In this document: positions 11,586-24,396 of the stretch, piece after piece
How the letters are laid out: each line of letters starts with the position of its first letter
How positions within the stretch are numbered: position 1 is the stretch's first letter
Origin: Phoronis australis
Taxonomy: Eukaryota > Animalia > Phoronida
Length of the DNA stretch: 64,000 nt
Assembly (NCBI GenBank): GCA_002633005.1
Contig: NMRA01000226.1
Coordinates: 351,142 to 415,141, forward strand
Direction: 5' to 3'
Made by a program: the position numbers and the translations under genes
The notes under the pieces: model-generated
What the model saw: the letters and a program-made list of their open reading frames with translations, nothing else
The model's database searches: none
Told to the model about the DNA's origin: nothing

Positions 11586-14500
11586 TTCAGAGAACAGCCC
11601 TCTTGCGGTGAGAATCTGAAAAAAATGTCATCACTCAACTAAATACAGCGTCGGTTGCAACAGCCATCTTCATTGACGGCCACCCGGAACTATAGTCTAT
11701 GTTTTAAATATGAATACACTGTACCTAGATTTTCTCAAAGTACACTTCCAGGACGTATTTCGCGCAAACTGATTTTAGGCTGCTCTTTCCTGTGTTTATT
11801 AGTTAAGAGCTCCATGAAATGAATTTTACGCAAACCCGAGTTTCTGTTCAACGCCAAGGTCCAAGGCTATTTAAACATCGTTGCGTGGTAAAAGAATCCA
11901 AATGAATTTTACGGGAATGTTGTATAGCTATAGGTTTTCTGTCAACTTCAGACGACGTTAAACTAATCTTTAGCGTTCACTTCACGCGGCGGATCAGAAC
12001 CTCAATATGGCGCCTTCCGGTCGGCGGCCGCTCCATGCCACCCTCGCAGGGAAGTGAGACGACAGAAAAGAAGTCAAGTCATCCGAAAATAAAAGCGAGT
12101 GATTGTAAAAGCATTATATCAAAGTAATAGGAATCGTTCTTTAGAGCACAAACCATACTTGGCTTGACACAATTTTTATTCAGTCTGATGGGCGAGAGGA
12201 TGAGTTGACAAGGCAACGAGACGCATTTGTTTCATTCACGGACACTTGAGACGGTTAAACGTTTGGCAGTCCATCGCACAACAGTGACAATTTGAAGGCG
12301 TGGCCGGCAAAAGTTTAAAAACGCTGGGAGATATCCCACTGCATTGATCCATGCAGCGAAGCAGAGCGCTGCCCCCTAACCACTCAAAAGCGCCTCATAT
12401 TGGCATTATGATTCTTTATGAAGCAACTTCCGCTTGATATCGCCGACTCGTGAGATTCTGTGGAAAGAAATTCAATTACTACATAGCAATTAATTAATCT
12501 GAAAACAAAGCTCCTCCCATCGTTTGATAGGGTTGGTTCACAAATCTATAGTTTTGGCATTACGACATCGGTTGGGATCGAAATTCTCCCGCTTTTTCAG
12601 TCACAGCTACTGCCTAATTCGCAGGGCACAGTTTCTTCGCAGCCAGTGGGAAATGTATGGAGCAAAATATCTCAAGATGTTTGCCTTTTTCCGTGACTGA
12701 ACCATCAGTACACACATCAGTGAAACTTTGCCGGCCTTATGAAAGCAGGAAAGAGTTCAAAACGCTGCTTAATATGCCTGCCTAAGTTGACCGTCTGTCC
12801 ACCGCCGTCTGGCGGGATAGTGAGCTTAAACATGGCGCGACTATTTCTTAAGTCAGCTATTGCCGCCCATTGTAAAAAAGGCTATTAGCATAACATTAAA
12901 CGCAAAACGTTTTAGTGGTGAATCACATGCGATCACCATGAGCAAACAGCGCTGGCCCATAGGTTAGGCCTACATGTACGTCACAGGAGAATCGGGACTG
13001 ATATGTTTTGCTAGTTTTGAATTGGAAAACTCCTTGTGACAGCTCCAACGCCCTGTTCCACAGGATCTACAAATTTAAACTTGAAAATATGAACTAAGAA
13101 CTAGGCCAAATAATGCAAAACCTTGCACAAAGCCAAACTGATTGCAAAGTAAAAGTTTAACCTTTGTACCATTTATGCAAGTGCAGCAAGCTACTTAAAA
13201 ACGAAGAAAAATGCAACAGTTTTCACCGCGACCCCCAACGGCATCATTTGCAACTGCTACAAACTTAGGGACAACGCATTCAGACTGACAAAATCCTCCA
13301 GGTTGTAAAAGCCAAGTGAAAAATTTTGATTCACCCTGAAAATTGTTTACAAATCCAATGTACAGTACCTGAATGGTCGACTGTATGTAAGTTAACTAAC
13401 CGCGACTGAGCTAAAAGTGGGTCAAGAGGTCAATAGCTAGAGTCTTTCACTCAGAACAGTCTCAAAAAGTCAAGCAAATGCCATTCACAGGCTTCGGATG
13501 CAGTGCAAAACTGAAAATGCCCAAGCCAACGCAGCAGGCCCAATTTTAATGAAGTTGGGGAAGTAAATTCAACCGTGACTTAAAAAAGACTTCTGCAGTC
13601 TGATTTGGAGGTGGATGATAAGAATACATAGGCCTACCGGACGTACACTGAGGCGCCTAACGAGCTTTCACATGTGTCTTTTTCAAGACGGCGGATCAGA
13701 TGTCCGATCTGCATTTTGATCGGACGGCACGTGGGTTGCATAGCAACATGCAGACACAACTTCTAAACAATACACATTTCAATAAAACTCGTTGTAGCGG
13801 GATTCGAAATGTGGCAAATAACAATCAAAATTGTTTAGATGGTAGTTATCTGCGCTGCTGGTAAATTTCTCACTGCTGCAAATCGATGCAGAGGTCAATA
13901 AATGAAAACTTCCACTCGTCTGCTTTGCTTTTCCTCACTAACCGCTATCAAATAAATCAAGAGTCCTGAACACGGACAACGATGCGCGAGTTTTACGCTG
14001 CATTCCGAGTGGGCCTCTCGTTGCCAGCACATGAATGAGCAGCTAACCAGAGAGCCAACCTGAGACCAATCCGTTGGGAGTCATCTCGATTAAAGGGACA
14101 CACTATAGAGGTTTGCTCGCGCACTATGATCATTTTGCATAGATGTGAACCTACCAAAGGCTGTTTTGTTGTATTAATAGTCAATGGACAACCTGAACCT
14201 GGGCAGTACGCACCTCTTTAATCGTAAGGGCACTTTTCACAAAAAATTGACTGAAAACTTAGACCAAACTTTGTCGTTAGTTAAGACCGAAAATCGGGCT
14301 AACCTAAGACCACCAATAATTCATGTACACTATGTCTGTGTTGGTCGTCGGTCTTGTTTAGACGGGGTTTTGGCATAAATGTACATGTAGGGGAGCATAC
14401 TACGCTTTCGCCGGCATGTTGCGAATTCACAAAATTAGGCGAGGCAGTGTGTGAAATACGATTTCAAGAATAATCTTGGTCTTGAAACTCTAATGGAGAT

Positions 14501-17142
14501 TTTTTGCAACATTTTGATGCAATTGGGATCGCATTTGCGTGGCCTGGTGTAGATGGATATCATCGTTTTCCAATATACAGGTAAGTCACAATGCATTGCC
14601 ACTTCGAGTTTACGCCGCTTTGCCGGTATTCGAGTCGAAAGCAGACGATCTTCAATATTTGACTTTGTTTAGGTACATGAGATTGTGAAATATATCAACG
14701 AAATTTATTCTTCAACAGTTTATAATGATGATAGTCGCAAAGACCAAAAGTCCAATCCTAACTGTGGCCTACGAAAATTCATGAAACGGGGCTAAGATAT
14801 TTTGGTCTTCATTAACCGGTAGTCCGTTTTCTGTGTGAGTTAAGACAGAAAAGGTTTCTTGAAACAGATCCCAGGAGCAAAATAGACTATTAAGAAGTAA
14901 GAGTTGCTAATTCAAGTAAATCCTTTCGTAGGGAATATGGCCTTAAAAAAGAAAACACCCGTCACAACACAACTGCGGAAATGAAAAAAACGATTTTGGC
15001 TAAAACAATTGCGCAAAAAATGCGTTGGCTTCTTATGCCTCACACGGATTGAACCATCACGTTGCTATAAGTACCTTTGCGCACAAAGAGACACGTGTAG
15101 GAAGTCGTTGATGTCTTTAAAAAAATGTTCACGTCATCAAGCTTCTTTTTCAAACAGTCAGATGCCCAAATCGGCAACTTGTCACTTTTACATGTACACT
15201 GCTCATCATATCCCCTGACGCGAGCTGTGTAAGGCATAATTAGCCGAAAAGCTTCCGGTGTATGGAGGGCCTATGGTATTACCACCGTCTCTACTGGGGC
15301 CAGTTGAGACGATGGTATTGTTTAAAACCCACCCAGCTTTCCCAAGTCTGGTTTTGGCATATTATGCCTTTGAGACCCATTTTCACTGAGCAAGAATGCT
15401 TCGATTTTGTTGAAAATTGGTCTCAAAGCATATGATAAATCTTCAATTCTGCTGACCCACTCAAATGTAATGAAGTGACTCTTGTAGTCTCTTCAACAGC
15501 GAAGTTCTTGACTGACTGTTTCATGACCAACTGAACGTATTCTTTGTAAACATTTCCTCTAAGCACCTGATCGCCTCCAAAGACCGGATACAGTTATCAG
15601 AATTAGACTTGTATATAACATCAGGCGAGGCCTTGATGACGATATGATCTCAAGGTAACCAAGAAGCGGATGAGCTCATCAAATAGCCTAGTTGCTAGGG
15701 AATAGAAGGCAATCCTTCGAAATTTCAAAACTTACTTTTCATTAGACGTGGTCTCGTCTCAAATGAAATGCCCTTGAGTATAAGAAATAGTAAAGTCCAA
15801 AACTCAAACTGTTTAAGCTACTTTGACGACATGCTACAATTTGGTGGCCACCTGGAGCACCTGTATGAAATTACCGGAGGCGGATTTGTGTTTTCTTTCG
15901 ACTCCTTCCGTTGACTTCACCTCTAAATTAATCCCAACGTCATGCCTTCCTAAGGTCTCACTTCGAATCCTGAACGTCAGCGTGGTTCTTGGTGTTGTTA
16001 ATGGGAAAAATTCAGTGTGGTGCTCTCCGCATCGTCTTCAATAACTACGTGTCCAGTTAAACTTAATACGTTGAACTTCTGTACACGGCTGAGTGCCCGA
16101 GCCACGTGTTATTCTAAGGCTAAAAATCTTTGTATTGAAGTACAGAAACATTTTCATCCACTTGCTTCATGCCCTTCAGGGAATGTTTTCAAAGTAAACA
16201 GTAAGAAACACGTAACAATGCAATCTGGTCACATACTTTGTTGAAAACAAAACAATTTTTTTGTTTGAAAGTTGTAAGAGTTTAAGACAAGGGCATCCGG
16301 TTATCACCCTCTTCATCAACTCACGTGATTTCCTCTCAGTTTCGTATGAATACAGTTCTTAATTGAGTTATGCCCTTAATGATGTCCACATAGTACATTA
16401 AATATATTAATTAGTTTGATGTTACCAGTTTAGTTTAAATTGCTGGAAACTAGCACCTGTGCTAATGTTTGATTAGTGTTTCTATTGTATTCGACTTTAA
16501 ATAAACTTTTATCCACCTACCTGTGATGGCCGACTAGTTTTAAATCCCTTAGTAGGGAGAGCGTTCAGCCCACGCTTTCCGCGTCTTAAAATGTCCCGCT
16601 GATTTTAAGATTATCACAGAAGGATGTCCTTGACCTTGGTACTGCAAGAAATAACCTTAGACTGGTACATGTACACCTCTGCGGCTGCATTGCTGAAGAC
16701 AAGGTGCAATTACGTTAAATACGGGATGATCCGATTTTCTTTGAACGTTGTAATGAACGAATGATAAGGTAATTGTATCGATGAGCGTGTTTATCCTGTA
16801 CAAGCCAATATGTATAATGCTAAGGCACTACTTAATATAAATTTGGACTTCTCAGTGAAATGCTAAGGTATTGATGATGTTGAGTCACCGATGTACGTCG
16901 CCGAGGATATCACGACCGTGTTTTCCGTGTTCCTGCAAAAATGCGAGGTGCTTCTGTCACCTCAAATGTGATGCAACTTCAGACTAGTTTGGCCAATACT
17001 CTGCCTTGATAACTAACTCTACTCCAGATGAACTTAGTATTCCAACTGAAATAAGGCAAACGTACATGTATGTCGCAGGTAGATGTGGTAGGCCTGAGGT
17101 AGGACTCGTGTAGAATGTCGCAAACGTACGTGTGTGTAGTAG

Positions 17143-17286
17143 CATGAGTGGCGAAGCACTGAAAAAAGTGGGGGCTATAGCCCTCCCCCAGCCCCCCTGT
17201 GGTGCACTGCCCATAGACCATGGACTCTGGAGCAATGAAAAAGCGGGGGCTATAGCCCCCCAGCCCCCTATAGTGCGCCGCCCATG
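17143..17286. mobile_element. Mini-MITE family C (catgggcggcgca TIR), dimeric copy
   Basis: Two ~70-bp units with TSD agtag. Confidence 0.7.
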
Positions 17287-18463
17287 AGTAGGTAGTAGGC
17301 CTGACGATAGGACTCCTGTAGAAAGTGTATAAAATGCGTTCACCCAGCCTAAAATATAGGGGGCTCGAATTTTTCACTATGTGTTCCTTTTACTGAAAAA
17401 AATCGGGGACTAAATGAAAAAACGGGGTACTACGTTCAGTCTTATGCATTTGTGAATTCGGGCCAAATTCCTGAGGACTTTTGTCTCGTTTTCTCGGACT
17501 TTTTATTTCTCTGGGGCGGACCTTTTTGCTCACTCCCCAAATGGGGGGCTCGTTCGAGCACCCCCCCCCCCGAAATGGTGCCTCAGTCAGATTCAGCCGG
17601 TATACACTGGCGTTTTTGCAACAGAATTTTACTGAGGAAGGATTTCATAATTCGCAGAGTTAAAATATAACATTTTAAAGGTTTGTTTATTTAATTTCAG
17701 TTCGTAGACAAGTTTCTCTGCTTTAAGCATACCCTATTCTTTAACTGTCTGAGGGTGGTTGTGGGTTAAAAAGGGCTACTGAACCAGGCTTGTCAGTTTT
17801 GGTGTGAATAAGACTTAAGCCTCGGCCGCGTTCCGTAAAAGCAAGTCACTCGCTAATGAAGCTAATGTAATCACATGCTCCACTTGAAATGCATGACGAA
17901 AATTTTCGTGATCTTGCGTTTCGAAGCTGTCTTGCGTGTACGGAACACAGCCGGCTCTGGGGTAACGTACATGTAGGCGTACATCCGCGCCACCTGTAGG
18001 AGAAATAGAGTATAATACCAACTACAATACAACAGGTGTCGATAAAACTATACAGCTGCTACTGTACAAGTGATTTTGTGCCCGTAAAATCCGGAAATCG
18101 ATGAGTAATCCGCTCTAACACGAATACATAATAACCAGATAGAAATGGTGGTGGCCCATATCAGACACAATTTTCGTCTTCTATTATTTGTTCAGCCTGA
18201 ACGATCGAGCCAGTTTCGATTAGGCTTCAGTTGACGTGTGAAGATTCGTGACTGATGATGTTACCACTGTATTCTTGTGGCGACTACGATTAGTGAATAA
18301 AATTAAGTAAGAATTATTTCAAATAAAACCGGCAGTTACATTTGTAGCTCCTGTTCATGTTGGATTCACTAGGCCTTTCTTGCTACCGAGTCTGCGTCAA
18401 TCACAATTAGTTTATAAAACACCAATTAAGAGGGAACTTCACCGGCATTTTGGGACTAACGCC

Positions 18464-18705
18464 CAGAGGCGGATCTACAGATGGGGGGGGTTCAGGGAGT
18501 TCAACCCCCCTCTCGGGAAAGGATCAAAAATAAAAATTGAAAAAAATTCGCTAGAAAAACTAAATTAGCTACTAAAAACCACAAAAAATCTTACACGGGA
18601 GAAGTGAAACCCTCTCTCGACCTTCCTTCCTCTCGGCGCTACGCGCCTCGGATTGGATTCGCTCGAATCCTAACCCCCCTTACTGAAAACGTAGGTCCGC
18701 CACTG
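18464..18705. mobile_element. hAT-like MITE (CAG...CTG termini, ~5-bp TSD)
   Basis: TIR cagaggcggatctac / gtaggtccgccactg; flanks acgcc / acgtc; homologous to 23855-24094. Confidence 0.75.
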
Positions 18706-21700
18706 ACGTCTCGACACACAATCCCACGGCTGCCCTCCACCCCGTGCATAGGCACAAAACCACTGATTCAACTTACATTCAGGGTCAACCTTATCCAATC
18801 ATAAGAATTTTCAAGTGTTTTATGTTATATTTTCAACAGCTTGCTGCGTGAACTGTCGTTTTTTAAACGTGAATCTCAGGTCTGATCAAAATTCCATTTC
18901 CGCCGGGTGTGACGTCGGAGCTAATGAAACAAAAAAACTCTAGTGGCCTATACATGTAGAAGCAGTGACTGTAAACTCTAGACACTATAATTAATTGAAA
19001 TCGTGCACAGGTCGTCAGTTCCAATATACACCATTGTTTTAGACCCTGCCGGCGGCTTATTTAGCGACTGCAAGCTGATCTCAAGATCTCCTCACCTGTC
19101 TTTGTATGGTGAAGGAGACGTAAAAAGAAACTCTGCCAGTGTCTTGGGAACAATAGTTCGTCTGTTGAAAGGGAAATTTACAGCAATCTATGAATGAGTC
19201 TGCGGAATAACGCTATTTTTGAGAATCTTTTTGTAAATAGTACTATTCAGTAATCCCATTTTGATCATTCAATTGTATCGTCACAGGCGGCTGAACTGGT
19301 ATATCGAGTAACACTGAACTGCGGCCATATCTGTGGTCGTACGCTTTGTTTTTGTGAAACGTAATTAAAAAGGTCAAGTACAACTTTTAAATTGTCCAGA
19401 TTATGAACTAAATTCACTGATAAATACAAAATTATACGCACTTTTCAGGTATCGTATTTTGATCACATATACTCAGTTGGTAATATTGTACTCACGTGTT
19501 TACCTCCTGCAGCTCAGTCGCTAAGAAGTAACTTGGGGATGTTTTCCCTCTGAAGATTTACGTTAAATCCAATGATTAATACGGATTTATGCTCCACAGC
19601 GAATATACTCCTCCGCGCCAAAACGTGTCATCTGCGTCTCGGTGTTGGGTTTAAACGGCTACGCGATGACTGCAATAAATTACCTCGTGCAACAAACTTG
19701 GAGCGGCGTTCCGTTGCACAGTCAATTAATTAAAACTGATTGCCGCTCCTCGTTAGATTGCCAACCGCGCTGATATCATCGACAACGTTAATGAAACTTG
19801 ATGAAAAGCGTCTTGACGATGAACTTTATTTTTTCTAAGACCTTGTTAGCTATAAAAACCAAAGTCAACGTTTTGCAACTCCATACAGAAATGCAGGTTT
19901 TATTTTAGTAATGGATCCGTGCGCACAGGTTCTGTAACAGGTCAATTTTCGTTTTTTAAATTGAATTTTGAAACCTGGACTTCTGAATTTGAATTTGAAA
20001 ATTCAGCGAAATTTCCATAGTCATTATTTCAAGGTTTGATTATAGTGTCACCGCAGTACAAGTGTCAATCAGCATGAATAACGATGAACATCGCCACATG
20101 TTACCAGATGCGGTACTGTCTTGTGAAAAACGCATGACATTATGTTGTATTCTCGGGCATCAAAAACAATGCCAAGCAACCATTTCCGTTTCTCATAATT
20201 TCGACAGCTTATCTTTCTAGTAAAGTGTCACTTTGCCAAACTACTTGATTTTTGAGCGCCGCACGAAATGTCGGCGATTTCTACGACACCGTTTGGCAGG
20301 TCTTGCTGAGCTGACTAGGGGACGAGATGGTCTCGCCACCTGGTGATTGGTCTGGTTAGTGCGGTATTAGCCCTGGTTGTGCTGTTATGTTGTTATATGG
20401 GGAGCGTAACACACGAAATACACTTGAATACGTTCCTTATACACATCTAGAAAGATTTCGTAAGAATGAACCCGGTCATTTACTAACGTGCGCTAGTGTT
20501 TCTCTTTTGTTTTCGTTTTCTCAGTCTCCACAGCGATTCATTGGACTACGTTTATCCATAATATTGCATAGCCTTTGAACCTCAAATTCGAGTTTGAGAA
20601 TGAGGGCAGGCTGCTTATTTATAACTCATGACCTTTTCAACTGCGCCAACTATAGCAGCGTTGGCATATCGTCATCTAGGTCTACTTCTAATATTTGGCT
20701 AAATATATAAGCCTGTAATTCGTTACAAAGATTGCATGTGTATACAACAGGTATTTGAAAATAATAGTACAACACATGTAACGGCTTAAAAGTATAATGA
20801 CCTTTTGCACCTGATGACGACTACCTAAGTAATTAGAATGGCTCTTGGGGAGTTTAATCAACTCTTCCAAGCCGGCAGAGCTAGTGATACCGGGCAGTTT
20901 ATATCTCAAAATTTGTGTTTTTAAGCAGCATAAAAGCATTGATTGGTTTACTATTGCTGCTGCGGCCAATATCCTAATCATTGTTTTCAGTAAAGCCTAT
21001 CTCGGGTGATAGCACATGCATTTTTTCTTGAAACAAATTTGCAGCATCACTTTGATCACTTAGATATGAAATAAATCGATAAGTACAACGCACGTGAAGA
21101 CCTGTTACTGGAAGTACTCGAAGGCAATGTTTTCGATGGCGTTATAATGATAAATTTGTTACACTGTTTCTCGAACAATATCGTTTTTTTAGATAACTGT
21201 TTGGATAGAATTGTTGATGGAGACTCGCACATGTCATGAACAAGTATTTCAGTGAGTTTTGGAGCGTAGCTTCATTTCGGAAGCAAGCTACCACTGAAAT
21301 GAATCAGAAGTCGCATTTATACGAATAAAACCTTATTTTCATTCTTCGAAATAGACGAAACTACAACCCAAGTTTCCAACACGATGTTCCATCTACCTAA
21401 TTATGAGGCGATATTTTTGCCCGTATTTCTCCATATTTTGCAGACCGTGTCAGGAGTTGTATACGTTGCTTTTACACCTCCCCACAGATTTTGGCAATTT
21501 ATGTTTTTCCACTCTAAAGGCCCAAAATCATACTGTAACCTAAACGTGTAACGCGCGTAACGTGCGTAACGTGCTCAGGTCGGACACAGTCTCGTAATTT
21601 TTGGGGAAAACGGCCAAATCAGCACACCAATGGCGGGAGCGCGAAATTGGCGACGACCAGGGGGGGTCGAAGTGGGAGAAATATGAAAATAAATGTGAAA

Positions 21701-23787
21701 CCATGGGGGACCTGGGCAAAGGTATGGCTAAGTATGTACCTTCCTGCGGTTCCGGTGGTACGTCAATCCATTATGTGTGTGTTCGTAATTTCATGTTTAC
21801 GTACAAACTGAGCATGCAGACGAGTAGAGCTTTCTGCACGTGTGCGTTACGTGGTAGAAAAAATGTAATTTTTAATGCACTAATTCACTTGTATTAGTTG
21901 TTGCGATTAGTTGCGCTATGTCCGCAGGTCTGTGTAATGCGGGTCAACAGTATTACCCTCCATCCAGTCGTGGTTCACTTTCAAATTAAATAACTGATGT
22001 GACATAAAATGTAATGTAGTATATTGCTTTAAAAAATAATTTTCTTATTCCGAACCTATCTTACGTGTACAAAAATATGCTATATAGTAGCCGCAGATAA
22101 GCGTTTACAAGACTGTCACTGACTATCTGCATTTCCATGTAATCATATAATTATCTACCTGTACTCTGGTCACGATACCGCGCGCCTGTGGCCATTACTC
22201 CTGAACAATACTTTCGTAATCGAATATAGGGGGCCGCTCTTAGCACAACCAAAAAAGGGAAGAAAGCCGCGCTAGAAAGTAAAAAGGCGCGCAATGTGAT
22301 CGCCTCTCTCCTCGGTACAGGCGGCTTTACGGGGATCAGCGTGCCTAAAACATCTCAATAAAATGTCACTGTGGTGAAAAATCTTTTTTTTTTCTGTCGG
22401 TATGTTGCAGTGGGAAACTCACGCCGGGACTTAAATGTCGACTACAACATTAGTCCCAAAATACAAACGGTCACAAGATCCCTAAAACGGCGTTCTTGTT
22501 TTTCACTGGCTCTTGCCTGAAGGAGAGTCAGATAGTATATTTACTGAGGAGGTGCCGCTTGGATAGGTTCCATTTCCAAACTTCTCTGCGAAAGGGTGCA
22601 TTTTCCGATGCATTTCCAAACAATAAAGTTCACTTATTGGAACTCGAATCTCTCGGGTTCCCTTTCCCAACTACACAAATCTACAAATGTTTGTATGATA
22701 TCTTAGACAACAAGACGTCTCTTCTTATACATATTGTTTCAGACATTCGACAGGGTTAAGGGTTCGTGAAATGAACAAAACTGTGGCATTTATAGAACAA
22801 AACGGTACGAAAGTGTAACCTTTTCACTAGCGGTCCCTACTATGGGTACCCTTTTGAGTCCACATGTCGTCTGTTGGTACACAATGTATATTAAGTTTCG
22901 AATGGCAGACCCCCGCGTGAAACATAGTNCCCCACCGGATGCCTATGACAAGGACTGAGTAAACCTCCTGTTATAAAGATTTGCAACTGCCCCTACGACG
23001 TGATATCAGCCTTCTGAGATCAGCGAGTGACTCAAAAATTTTCAGCCAGTGACTCACTTCATTGCGGAGTCACTGCTACTATTCGTTTGTCCAGAAAGTT
23101 AGTTCTTATGACAATGTCCGACAGGAGTTGCAAGCCAGAAGGAGTACATGAACAGGCTTCAGAACTGGTCCCTTGTAAATTGTGGGATTTTTTTTCTCAT
23201 TTTGATAAACTCCTAAATGTCGGGGAGTTAGAAGGTAAAACTTGGCATTAACATATTTACTGTACTAACAGTGTATGCTAGACTGACTACCGAGGCTGGT
23301 GAAAACTTGAACAACCGGGTAAGGCCAAAAAAGCATAGTTAGTTCTGTCCTGAGTATAATTTGAAATTCGAGTCAGTCACTTTTTTAAGTAAGAAAATTC
23401 ACTTGAGACGAGCAAAAATGATATGGGATGTGTTATTATTACTCATCGCTCGGCATGGGGCTTCAAATCTTACCATTGCTCACGTGTCTGTGCAGCTGTT
23501 CAAAAAATGTGGGACATCAGGGTCGGTGTTTTTAGTTTTTTTTTTTAGTTTTTTTAGTCTATGAGCGCAGGCTCAAAATGAACAAGGTTAAAGAACAGAG
23601 CCAACTTTGCTTTTTTGGCCTAATAAACTGATCATCGTTAAATGAAATTCAATCAGTATTCACATGATTTAGATGTCAACTACGACACAAAATAACTGAT
23701 ATGCACACTCATCGCGATGTCCGACGATCCACCAACCTCACTCAAGTTTAGGGTAGGTTGGTAATCCTTATCCCCATGGCTTACTCN

Positions 23788-24396
23788 AGAAATTGTGACT
23801 GAGCCTTTTCGGAATGCATCTTTCTACTGTCAATGACTTTTGTTTACGATAGTGCAGAGGCGGATCTACAGGGGGGGTTCAGGGGGTTTAAACCCCCCCT
23901 CGGGACAGGATCAAAAATAAAAACTGGAAAAAAAATCGCCAGAAAAACGAAATTAGCTACTAAACATCCCAAAAAATCTTACACGGGAGGAGGGAAACCC
24001 TCTCGCGACCTTCCTTCTGCTCGATCGGCGCTAGGCGCCTCAGATTCTCTCGAATCCTAAACCCCCCTTTACTGAAATCGTAGATCTGCCACTGTAGTGT
24101 CCTTATACAGTATGAATAACACACCGGTTAAATCGGCCACATAATATATGTTTATTGTGCATGTAAATGTGCTTCACTGAAGCACGAGGCTATTCAGGCA
24201 ACATCACTGCAGAAACGAAATAGTTGCTGCGACGCCACTAGCATGACAAGGCTAAAAATCGTTCACAGTACGCCACTTTTTCACGGTGTTGTAAAGCAAC
24301 CAATGACTGCCAAGATTACACCGACCAATGTTAAAGCGCGTGCCAGTGCGTGATACCTGCGTGCTGGCTGGGCTGAGCACGCAGGGAACCAGTGAG
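23788..24396. mobile_element. Right half of a family M MITE with a nested hAT-like MITE
   Basis: Matches 61037-61395. The left part is lost at N23787. The nested insert spans 23855-24094. Confidence 0.8.
23855..24094. mobile_element. hAT-like MITE nested in a family M element
   Basis: TIR cagaggcggatctac / gtagatctgccactg. The 5-bp TSD tagtg is confirmed against the uninterrupted copy at ~61095. Confidence 0.8.

Larger units (their letters stand above)
4507..15196. repeat. Tandem duplication, ~4507-10931 versus ~11051-15196, joined near N10963 (probable uncollapsed haplotypes)
   Basis: Colinear high identity across the CDS, intron and upstream DNA. The copies differ by TE presence/absence and small indels. 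Confidence 0.85.

Noticed and set aside
15260-16200. Coding-like composition suggesting a decayed gene or TE
   Set aside because: Stops in the frames examined and no recognisable motif.
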